Positions 39,879 through 48,210 of a stretch of 64,000 nt of DNA are shown here, piece by piece. The notes beneath the pieces are model-generated. The model worked only from the letters and a program-made list of their open reading frames with translations. It ran no database searches and was not told where the DNA came from. Made by a program: the position numbers and the translations under genes. This stretch comes from an uncultured Actinomycetes bacterium (GTDB taxonomy: Bacteria; Actinomycetota; UBA4738; HRBIN12). Location of the stretch: positions 384,001-448,000 of the forward strand of contig OY969934.1 in the NCBI GenBank assembly GCA_963704725.1, read 5' to 3'. Every line of letters starts with the position of its first letter. Position 1 is the first letter of the stretch.

Positions 39879-40568
39879 CTACGCCTCCTCGGGCGCGAGG
39901 AACCGGAACCCGACGCCTCGGATCGTCGTGATGTAGCGGGGGTTCGAGGGGTCGTCCTCGATCTTCTTGCGCAGCCACGAGACGTGGACGTCGAGCGTCT
40001 TGGTCGGCCCGAACCAGTGGGGGTCCCAGACCTCGTCCATGATCTCCTCCCGCCGCAGGACCTGGCCGGCGCTCGCCATCAGCATGTTGAGCAGGTCGAA
40101 CTCCTTCGCGGCGAGCTCGAGAGACTCGCCGTCCTTGGTCACGGTGCGGGAGGCGGGGTCGAGGCGGAGGGCGCCCACCTCGATGGGACCGCGTCGCTCC
40201 GAGGCTCGGCCGCGCCGCAGGATCGCCCGGATCCGCGCCGTGAGCTCGCGCATCGAGAACGGCTTCACCACGTAGTCGTCGGCACCCAGCTCGAGGCCGA
40301 CCACGCGATCGATCTCCTCGCCTCGGGCGGTGAGCATGACGATGGGCACGTCCGAGCTCCGGCGGATCTCGCGGGCCAGGTCTCGCCCGTCGCCGTCGGG
40401 GAGCATCACGTCGAGCAGGATCAGGTCGGGCGGGCGGCCCTCGTACGCGTCCCTGGCCGAGGCGATCGTGTCGGCGACCTCGGCGTCGAAGCCCTCCCGC
40501 TCGAGGCTCTCGGCGAGAGGCTCGGAGATCGCGCGCTCGTCCTCCACCACCAGGATCCGAGGCTTCAC
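39879..40568 (-). CDS. OmpR-family response regulator
   Basis: LVVEDE, LLDVMLP, GADDYVVKPF, TLDVHVSWLRKK, TIRGVG. Confidence 0.93.
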   Translation of the reverse strand: MKPRILVVEDERAISEPLAESLEREGFDAEVADTIASARDAYEGRPPDLILLDVMLPDGDGRDLAREIRRSSDVPIVMLTARGEEIDRVVGLELGADDYVVKPFSMRELTARIRAILRRGRASERRGPIEVGALRLDPASRTVTKDGESLELAAKEFDLLNMLMASAGQVLRREEIMDEVWDPHWFGPTKTLDVHVSWLRKKIEDDPSNPRYITTIRGVGFRFLAPEEA

Positions 40569-40612
40569 GATCGGATGGTACTCGTCGGTACGCGGGCGGG
40601 CGGCGGGTTTGT

Positions 40613-43600
40613 CTACCGCCCGGCGCCCAGATGCAGGGACGAGCGCGTGGCCTCCGCTCGAGCAAGCGAAGCGAGGTTGCCCTTGCGGCGGTACAGCTCC
40701 GCCGCGGTCTCGAACTCGCCGGTCGCCTGATCCGCCCGGCCGGCGGCCACGAGGACGATGCCGAGGTCGAGGTGGGCGTCGCCCGCCATGTTCAGCAGGT
40801 CGGACCGGTCGGCGAACGCGGTTCCCTCCGCGGCGACCCGCTCCGCCTCTTCGAGCTCGCCCCGGGCCGCGAGCACCTTGGCGCGCACGCCGCGCCACGC
40901 CATCTGCGACGCCACGTCGTCCTCCGCGGTCGCCTCTTCGCTCTCGATCGAGGTGCGCATCGCCTCGTCCAGCTCGCCCTTGCGGTAGAGCGCCTCGGCG
41001 AGCAGGGCCACGGCGGTGGAGAACATGCTCTGCTCACCCATGCGCTGCAGGGTCTCGACGGCCGGTCGAAGGACGGCCTCGGCAGCATCGGCGTCGTCCG
41101 CGAGGAGCATCGCCGCGCCGTAGTGCATGTGGATCGAGGCGAGCCGCCACTCGGTGCCGAGCTCCTCGGCCCGGGCCACGGCGTCGTCGAACGGCCCTCG
41201 GGCCTCCTCGAACCGGCCCGCCATCGCCAGGAGGAACCCCAGTCCGGCCATGGTCTCGGGGTTGGGGCGGCGCGCGTTCGCCAGGCTGCGCTCGGTGATC
41301 TCGAGGCACCGCTCGACGGAGAGCGGACCGTGAGCCACCCCGAGCGTGGCGCGCTGGGCCGCCTCCCGCTCGTCTCCGGCCTCGCGCGCGATGCGCTGGC
41401 CGATCTCGTACGCCTCGACCGATTCGCCGACCCTGCCTCGGCGCCCCAGCGCGTCGCCCAGCAGCCGGTGAGCCGCGGCCACCCCCGGGAGGTCGCCAAG
41501 ACGCTCCAGCGCCCCGACGGCGTCGATGGCGAACCGCTCCATCTCCTGCGTGTTCGTGGCCTCGGGGTTCCGCCAGAATCGGATGTCCGTCTGCTGGAGC
41601 CGGATGCGCCACTCGGCGATCTCGTTGCCCGCCCGGCGGGCGTCCTCCAGCCCCACCTCCAGGACGGCCTCCGCCCGATCCGGCTCGCCCTTCTCGAAGA
41701 GCGCGGCCGCGAGCTGCCACGTGAGCTCGCACCGCGTGGGGTCGTCCTCGCCGAGGAGCGCGAGAGCTCGTCCGAGGAGGCCGGCCGCCGCAGGCATGTC
41801 GTCGCGGGCGAAGGCGCGAGCCCCTGCCGATCGCAGCCGCGCCGCAGCCCGGGCGGCGAGCGAGGACGACCAGGAATCCGAGCGCCCCAACTCCGAGCGG
41901 TAGGCGTGGGCCGCCTCGAAGTGATAGCCGATGATCTCCTCCAGCTCCGGCAGGCGCCCGCCCGCGCCGCTCTCCAGGAGATCGCCGAACGCCTCGTGCG
42001 CCTCGGCGCGAGCCGACTTCGACATCGCGCGATAGGCGACGTCCCGGATCAGGTGGTGGCGGAACCGGAACGTGCGGCCCGAGATGGGCGACTCGCGCTC
42101 CAACGAGATCATGTCCTTGGTCTCGAGCGCATCGAGCAGCGGGGCGAGCCGCTCGCCGTCGGGGGTGAACCCGGCCAGATTCTGTTCGGTGAACTCGGTC
42201 CCCACGACCGACGCGTCCTCCAGGAGCAGGCGCTCCGCGACGCCGAGCCGATCCAGACGGGCACCGATCAGCGCCTGGATCGTGGCGGGGATCGGCACCT
42301 CCGCGAAGTCCGGCGATGCCACCCATCGGTCCTGTTGCCACTGCAGGAGCCCATCCTCGACGAGGATCGCGACGAGCTCCTCGAGGAACAGGGGATGGCC
42401 CTCGGCGGCTTCGAGGATCCGCTCCCGCACCGCCGGGTCGATGTCCGCCGGGCCGAGGAGGTTGTTCACGAGCTGCGCGCTCTCGTCGTGATCGAGCGGG
42501 GCGAGGGACAGGTTCGCCGCGTTCAGCCGTCCCCCGCCCCAGCCCGGCCGATCCTCGGCGAGCTCGGGCCGCGCCAGGGACGCCACGAGCAGCGGGATGT
42601 TCCGAGCGGTGACGACCAGGTACTCGATGAGGTCGAGGAGCGTCGTCTCCGCCCAATGGATGTCGTCGAACACGAGCACGAGCGGGCGGCCGCCGGCCGC
42701 CGCCTCCAGATACCGGCGGATGGCCCAGAAGATCTCGTCCGGCACGGGTGACTTCCCGCTGAGGCCGAGCACCGAGGCGATCTGCTCCTCGATGAACGCG
42801 GCGTCCTCGATGCCCCCGATGACCCTGGCCACCTTCTCTCTCGCGCGCGCCGGTTGGTCCCCGTCGCCGATCCCCGCCGCCTGGCGGACCATCTCGGCGA
42901 TGGGGAACAGCGTGATGTCGCGCCCGTACGAGAGGCATCGACCGGTGAACGCGGTCGCCTCCTGGCCGAGCCGATCCAGGAACTCGACCGCGAGCCGCGT
43001 CTTTCCCACACCCGTGGCGCCGAGCAGCGTGACGAGCGAGGCGGTCCGTTCCCGGGACGCTCGCGCGAACGCCTGCTGCAGCACCGCGAGCTCGTTCTCC
43101 CGGCCGACGAGCGGAGAGGCGAAGCGACGGCCGGCGGGGACCAGGAGGGGACTCTCGACCAGACGGAACGCCGCGAACGAGGACCCGTCCGCGTCGAGCA
43201 GGAGGATCTCCGCGGGCTCGATGCCGGCGGAGCGCCGCACGAGCCTGGCCGCGGCGTCGTTCATGAGCACCTCGCCGGGCTTGGCCGACCTCGCGAGGTG
43301 GTCCGCCTCCTCGAGGGGCGTGACGGACAGGAGTCGCTCCTGTCCGTGGGAGGACTCGACCAGGACCTCTCCGAGTGAGATGCCGACCCGGAGCGTGGGG
43401 CCCGTGCCTTCGTCCCCGGCGCCGATGCCGGCGGCGTACCAGGCGCACAGCTCCGACGCCGCGCGGACCGCGCGGACCGTGTCGTCCTCGTGCACCCGGG
43501 GCGTGCCGAAGACCGCGCTGATCTTGCCGAGCACGGACTCGTGCACCCACCCCCCGTGCGTCTCGACGATCGCGCGCGCCTGATGCATCGCCTGCTCGAG

Positions 43601-44476
43601 CTCGGCGCTCATCGTCTCGGGATCGTCGGACGCGGCGTGCTCGAAGAGGCGGCACACCAGCGCGGCGACGGTCTTACGGAGCGTGCGGGGCGCGACTCGA
43701 TCCGCGGGAACGGGACTGTCGAGGGCGGGATCCTGCGCCAAGATCTGCTCCTCGAGCCTGCGGATCGCCGGTCCCGGCTCGATCCCGAGCTCCTGCGACA
43801 GGGCGTGTCGCAGGCCCGCGATCGAGTCGAGCGCCTCCGCCTGCCGGCCGGATCGGTACAGCGCGACCGCGGCCAAGGCGACGATGCGCTCGTGGAGGGG
43901 ATGCCCGGTTCGCAGGCCCTCCAGCTCCGGCACGACCTCGAGGTGCCGGCCGAGCGCGAGGTCCGCCTCCAGCCGATCGGCCACCGCCGTCAGATGCAGC
44001 TCCTGGATCTCCGCGAGCTCCGGCTCCGGGAGCCCGGGGATGCGGACGTTCGCGAGCGGCGCACCCCGGTAGAGCGCCAGGGCTCGTTCCAGGCTCTCCC
44101 GGGCTGCCCAGTGCTCTCCCGCCGCCGTCTCAGATCGCGCCTCGGCCACCAGCTTCCGGAACAGGTCGAGATCGAGCCGATCGGGACCCAGGTGCAGGAC
44201 GTACCCCCCCTCCGTCGTCTCGAGCCGGACCGAGGCGTCACCGTCCAGCAGCTTGCGGAGCTTGGAGACGTGCATCTGGAGCGCGGTCCGGGCCGTCGGG
44301 GGCGGCGAGTCCCCCCACAGCGCATCGATCAGCGTCTCGGGCGAGACCACCTGGTCGATCCGGAAGAGCAAGAAGGCGAGGAGCCCGGGAAGCTTCGAGC
44401 CACGCACCGGCAGGGGAACGCCATCGCGCTCGACCCCGAGGGGACCGAGCACGCGAAAGACCAGGTGAAACGGCAT
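40613..44476 (-). CDS. SARP/AfsR-type regulator: wHTH-BTAD, cyclase-like domain, AAA ATPase, TPR
   Basis: FRVLGPL...LWGDSPP...VSKLRK; BTAD (HPLHE, LYRSGRQAEAL); FGTPRVHEDDTVRAVRAA; GVGKTRL; DDIHWA; GHPLFLEE. Confidence 0.9.
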   Translation of the reverse strand: MPFHLVFRVLGPLGVERDGVPLPVRGSKLPGLLAFLLFRIDQVVSPETLIDALWGDSPPPTARTALQMHVSKLRKLLDGDASVRLETTEGGYVLHLGPDRLDLDLFRKLVAEARSETAAGEHWAARESLERALALYRGAPLANVRIPGLPEPELAEIQELHLTAVADRLEADLALGRHLEVVPELEGLRTGHPLHERIVALAAVALYRSGRQAEALDSIAGLRHALSQELGIEPGPAIRRLEEQILAQDPALDSPVPADRVAPRTLRKTVAALVCRLFEHAASDDPETMSAELEQAMHQARAIVETHGGWVHESVLGKISAVFGTPRVHEDDTVRAVRAASELCAWYAAGIGAGDEGTGPTLRVGISLGEVLVESSHGQERLLSVTPLEEADHLARSAKPGEVLMNDAAARLVRRSAGIEPAEILLLDADGSSFAAFRLVESPLLVPAGRRFASPLVGRENELAVLQQAFARASRERTASLVTLLGATGVGKTRLAVEFLDRLGQEATAFTGRCLSYGRDITLFPIAEMVRQAAGIGDGDQPARAREKVARVIGGIEDAAFIEEQIASVLGLSGKSPVPDEIFWAIRRYLEAAAGGRPLVLVFDDIHWAETTLLDLIEYLVVTARNIPLLVASLARPELAEDRPGWGGGRLNAANLSLAPLDHDESAQLVNNLLGPADIDPAVRERILEAAEGHPLFLEELVAILVEDGLLQWQQDRWVASPDFAEVPIPATIQALIGARLDRLGVAERLLLEDASVVGTEFTEQNLAGFTPDGERLAPLLDALETKDMISLERESPISGRTFRFRHHLIRDVAYRAMSKSARAEAHEAFGDLLESGAGGRLPELEEIIGYHFEAAHAYRSELGRSDSWSSSLAARAAARLRSAGARAFARDDMPAAAGLLGRALALLGEDDPTRCELTWQLAAALFEKGEPDRAEAVLEVGLEDARRAGNEIAEWRIRLQQTDIRFWRNPEATNTQEMERFAIDAVGALERLGDLPGVAAAHRLLGDALGRRGRVGESVEAYEIGQRIAREAGDEREAAQRATLGVAHGPLSVERCLEITERSLANARRPNPETMAGLGFLLAMAGRFEEARGPFDDAVARAEELGTEWRLASIHMHYGAAMLLADDADAAEAVLRPAVETLQRMGEQSMFSTAVALLAEALYRKGELDEAMRTSIESEEATAEDDVASQMAWRGVRAKVLAARGELEEAERVAAEGTAFADRSDLLNMAGDAHLDLGIVLVAAGRADQATGEFETAAELYRRKGNLASLARAEATRSSLHLGAGR

Positions 44477-44552
44477 ATCGCTCCTAAGAAACGGCCGCTC
44501 CTCGAGCCTAGCCCACCATCGGGGGACCCCGCTACCACCGAACGACGGAAGA

Positions 44553-44580
44553 CGTTAGTGACACGTTAGCCCCCCATTAG
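44553..44580 (+). promoter_or_regulatory. Three direct repeats C(G/A)TTAG at 11-bp period (candidate SARP operator)
   Basis: CGTTAG 44553, CGTTAG 44564, CATTAG 44575, between the divergent SARP and peptide-1 genes. Confidence 0.6.
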
Positions 44581-44632
44581 GGGTCCCCCGCATCCTTGCC
44601 CCAAGGTCCCCTAGCGGGGAAGGAGACAGGTC

Positions 44633-44715
44633 ATGAGGACACTCAAGCGCTTCGCAATCGCATCGGCGCGCTCCTGACGCTCGCCTTCGCAGGCGGCGCG
44701 CACATCCGGTTCTAG
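44633..44715 (+). CDS. Small peptide 1, MRTLKRFAIxIGALLTLAFAGGAHIRF (apparent 1-bp deletion at ~44660)
   Basis: AAGGAG SD at 44620-44625; 83 nt from ATG to TAG; restoring one base gives 27 aa that align without gaps to peptide 2. Confidence 0.75.
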
Positions 44716-44814
44716 GCGCGGAGCTGGCAAGCAGGGCCCTCCGCCAGTCGGTGTATCGGCCTTGATCTGCTGGAGGGCACGGGAGCTTCCCGGATTGGAG
44801 CCCTCGGAGCCCAG

Positions 44815-44840
44815 CGCCCCCGACGCTTCGGTCGGGGGCG
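44815..44840 (+). terminator. Perfect 10-bp hairpin downstream of peptide 1
   Basis: CGCCCCCGAC-gcttcg-GTCGGGGGCG followed by TGTGTTGT. Confidence 0.5.
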
Positions 44841-45145
44841 TGTGTTGTGCTTCGGGCCGAGTATCCGGATGGCTCTCAAGATCGGGAGCCGGTGCAATCT
44901 GCAGAGCTGTCTGCATTCTTGCTTCATGAGCGCACGCGAGCTCGGTCGCCGCCGCGTCATAACTCGTGCAACAGCCGGAGCAGACGAGTCTCGTCTCTAG
45001 TGCGAGACCAGCAACGGGCTCTTTTGAACCCGGCCTATTGACCCCGGCGCCCCCCTTTCTCCATGATTCCCGTCTGCACGTCTTGTCTGGCACGGTCTTG
45101 CACGGCGCTTCCCCGTTCCCGCCGTGTCACGAAGGGGGAGGGGTT

Positions 45146-46603
45146 GTGTCTTCGAGCATTGGTGCAGCGTCAAGCGCCGGGAAGCATGTGCCGCCGGCGC
45201 CAGCCCGCTCTCGGTCAGTTAGACCCGCGAGAGTAGCTATCTGGGGCGTGATTGCTCTAGACACAGGGATACTGATCGCTGGCTGCGTCCTCACGGCGAC
45301 CCAGCTCATGAGGGTCGGGCCAGAATTGCTTACTTGGTCGCTTGCCGTAGCTGTAGTCGGAGTCGCCGCCATACAAACGCCCCGCGGACCAGCGCTTGGG
45401 TTGGACATGCCAGTCTTGCTGGCTGCGGGCTACCTGCTAGGTCCCATTCCCGCCGGGATTGTGGCGTTAGCTGGCTATGTCGATACCCGCGAGTTCAGGG
45501 GCGAGATTAGCGGGGAACGAGCGCTCTTCAACAGGGCGCAGACTTCCTTGAGCGTAATGGCTGCGACAGCTGCGTTCTCTTTACTCGGCGGCACGTCGCG
45601 CCTGTCTTTGACCTCATTGTCAGCAGGATTAGTGGCCGTGGCGGTGGACAGCGCGATCAACTACAGCCTCATTGCGGGTGTCATGTCACTCCACGACGGC
45701 GTCTCAGCCCTTGCCACTCTAGGTCGGCTGCGCTTTGGATCCGTCGCGACCTTCTCGGCAACCTACTCTTGTTACGGCCTACTGAGCGTGCTCCTCGCTG
45801 AGGTCGACGTTGAGGTTGGTCCGCTTGGTCTGTTGCTCTTCGCGATCCCGCTCCTTCTGGCAAGACAAGCACTCGCGAGCGCACAGAGACTCGAGGGCGC
45901 CGAGCGACGTGTGCAGATCCAACGTGCCGCGCTCGGTCAGGAGTCCATTCGGCTCTCCGATGAACGCCGCGATGAGCGCCTTTCTGTTGCGGCTGGTCTT
46001 CATGATGACCTGCTGCCTCGCCTGTTTAGAGTGCACCTGCTCGGCCAGGTGTTGCGCCAGCAGTTGGCGACTGGCCAACTGCTGGCGATGGAGGACGACC
46101 TGCCAACCCTAATTCGGGCAACAGAAGAGGCGAGCGAAACCGCGCAAAGCCAGATTCGCCAGCTCCGTTCCTCGAGTCTCGGGATGCAAGGATTGTCGGA
46201 GAATCTCCGTGGTCTGGTGAATCAGCTTGAGATGGAGACGCAGATCACATTCCAGACCGAGATCGACGACTTGGCGGCTGCGCCCCTAATTGAGCTGCTG
46301 GCGTATCAAGTCGCTCGCGAGGCGATACGGAACGTCATCAAGCATGCGGAGGCAACTGTAGTTCGTGTGACGCTGTCCCACGAGTCGCCGGGGATACTGC
46401 TGGTGATTGAAGACGATGGTCGTGGCTTTCATCCGCAGCTTGTCGACGAAACGAGTCACTTCGGCATTGCGTTGATGCGGGAGCGTGTCGAACTTGCTAG
46501 AGGCGTCGCCGACATCGATAGCTCCCCGGAAGGCGGAACGCGGCTGACTGTGCGGCTGCCCCTAGAAGGGCCCGGTCTGGTCGCCTCAGTAGAGACAGCG
46601 TAG
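45146..46603 (+). CDS. Membrane sensor histidine kinase 1 (HisKA_3 / NarX-like)
   Basis: Multi-TM N-terminus with DTREFRGE..RALFNRAQ; ERLSVAAGLHDD, REAIRNVIKHA, DDGRGF, HFG..LMRER; start uncertain. Confidence 0.88.
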   Translation: MSSSIGAASSAGKHVPPAPARSRSVRPARVAIWGVIALDTGILIAGCVLTATQLMRVGPELLTWSLAVAVVGVAAIQTPRGPALGLDMPVLLAAGYLLGPIPAGIVALAGYVDTREFRGEISGERALFNRAQTSLSVMAATAAFSLLGGTSRLSLTSLSAGLVAVAVDSAINYSLIAGVMSLHDGVSALATLGRLRFGSVATFSATYSCYGLLSVLLAEVDVEVGPLGLLLFAIPLLLARQALASAQRLEGAERRVQIQRAALGQESIRLSDERRDERLSVAAGLHDDLLPRLFRVHLLGQVLRQQLATGQLLAMEDDLPTLIRATEEASETAQSQIRQLRSSSLGMQGLSENLRGLVNQLEMETQITFQTEIDDLAAAPLIELLAYQVAREAIRNVIKHAEATVVRVTLSHESPGILLVIEDDGRGFHPQLVDETSHFGIALMRERVELARGVADIDSSPEGGTRLTVRLPLEGPGLVASVETA

Positions 46604-46630
46604 GCCCCGGGATGATTACCCGGAGCCTAC
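46600..46630. terminator. Hairpin between the convergent kinase 1 and peptide 2 genes
   Basis: GTAGGC-c-CCGGG atgatta CCCGG-a-GCCTAC. Confidence 0.5.
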
Positions 46631-46663
46631 GCCTTCAGTTCACATTGGTCGGCCGGCTTGCGA

Positions 46664-46747
46664 CTAGAAGCGAATGTGGGCTCCACCGGCGAGAACCAGC
46701 GCCGCAAGAGATCCGACCGCAATGGCGGCACGCCTGATCAGGTTCAC
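46664..46747 (-). CDS. Small peptide 2, MNLIRRAAIAVGSLAALVLAGGAHIRF
   Basis: Strong SD GAGGAGGT just before GTG 46747; 27 aa; same C-terminal AGGAHIRF as peptide 1 with different codons. Confidence 0.85.
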   Translation of the reverse strand: MNLIRRAAIAVGSLAALVLAGGAHIRF

Positions 46748-46929
46748 CTGCCACCTCCTCGTTGGGTCTGAGGACGATGCCCCCCTTGGCTCGGCCATCC
46801 CCCACGTTCGGCGGCTCCCACCGCGACGGGGGAGGGCGGTGCCACTATCGGAGGACCCCCCAACGCCCGACAAGAGGGGCCACACTCCTACAGAATCGAA
46901 CGTAGGTGCCGCCATCCTGAAGGTGGTTC

Positions 46930-48154
46930 TGGCCTGCTCCCCCTGAACGAATCCACCTGATATGAGAGTCACGACCGCCCCGCAGGGGCAGGAGGTGACT
47001 CTTGAAGGGACGACGTCACACCCCCGAGCAGATCGTGCGCAAGCTGCACGAGGCCGATCGCCTAGTGGCCGAGGGCAAGAGCCTGGCGGTCGTGCTGAAG
47101 GCCCTCGGCGTCTCCGAGCAGACCTACTACCGCTGGCGCAAGGCGTACGGGCAGCTCTCGCCCGATGAGGCCCGACGTCTTCGTGAGCTCGAGTCCGAGA
47201 ACCGCCGCCTGAAGAAGCTGGTCGCCGACAAGGAGCTGGAGCTCGACGTGCTCAGGGAGATCGCCCGGGGAAACTTCTGAGCCCGGAGCGACGACGCCGG
47301 GCCGCCGACATGGCCCAGGACCGCTTCGGGCTGTCCGAGCGACGAGCGTGCACGATCGTCGGCCAGTCCCGCTCGACCCAGCGCCGGCCACCTCGGCGAG
47401 CTGGGGACCGGCCGCTGCGGCGGCGGCTGCACCACATCGCCAGGCGCCACCCGCGCTTCGGCTACCGACGGGCTCACGTCCTGCTGCTCCGAGAGGGATG
47501 GATGATCAACCGCAAGAAGGTGCTGCGCCTCTGGCGTGAGGAGGGCCTGAAGGTGCAGTCCAGACATCACAAGCGCCGCCGGCCGCCGGGCGGCGAGCAG
47601 GCCCGGCGAGCGGAGCGGCCCAACGAGGTCTGGGCGATCGACTTCCAGTTCGACGCCACCTCCGACGGACGGATGCTGAAGCTCGCCAACGTCGTTGACG
47701 AGTTCACCCGGGAGGCCCTTGCGACCCGCACCGGCAGGACGTGCACCGCCGACAAGCTGGTCGAGATCCTCGACGCGCTCCTCGCAGAGCGCGGCGCGCC
47801 GGAGCACCTACGGTGCGACAACGGACCCGAGCTCATCGCGTGGGCCCTTCGGGACTGGTGCCACCGACACGGATCGACCACGAGCTACATCGAGCCGGGC
47901 TCGCCGTGGGAGAACCCCTACGTCGAGTCGTTCAACGCCAGGATTCGAGACGAGCTGCTCGCCATCACCGAGTTCTGCGACCTGACGGAGGCTCAGGTCC
48001 TGATCGAAGACTGGAGGACCGAGTACAACACCGAGCGGCCGCACTCTTCGCTTCGCTATCTCACCCCGGTAGAGTTCCACCGGGCCTGGACCCAGCACCA
48101 TCAACCGGAGCCGGCACTCTCATAACGGGTGGATCCGGAAACGGGGGCCGACCA
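46930..48154 (+). mobile_element. Complete IS3-family element (IS407-like; orfA 47002-47280, orfB ~47310-48125)
   Basis: TG...CA imperfect IRs; 4-bp target duplication GTTC (46926-46929 and 48155-48158); DDE motifs WAIDF, RCDNG, ENPYVESFN. Confidence 0.92.
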
Positions 48155-48210
48155 GTTCCAACTGTTCCTCGGAAAGGTCAAGATAGCGTGGCCGCCTCGA
48201 ACGGAGACCC

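Noticed and set aside
44675-44677. TGA in peptide 1 as selenocysteine, given selAB
   Set aside because: The conserved tail lies in a different frame, so a frameshift rather than readthrough explains it.
44611-45093. 160-aa minus-strand ORF, and the 102-aa ORF 46664-46972
   Set aside because: No recognisable motifs. The first overlaps peptide 1 on the opposite strand; the second starts inside the IS, and only its last 27 codons have an SD.
44633-46747. Peptides as RiPP (lanthipeptide or lasso) precursors, or as agr AIPs
   Set aside because: No modifying enzymes or AgrB nearby, and the tail has no Cys/Ser/Thr or Asp/Glu for known cyclisation chemistry.
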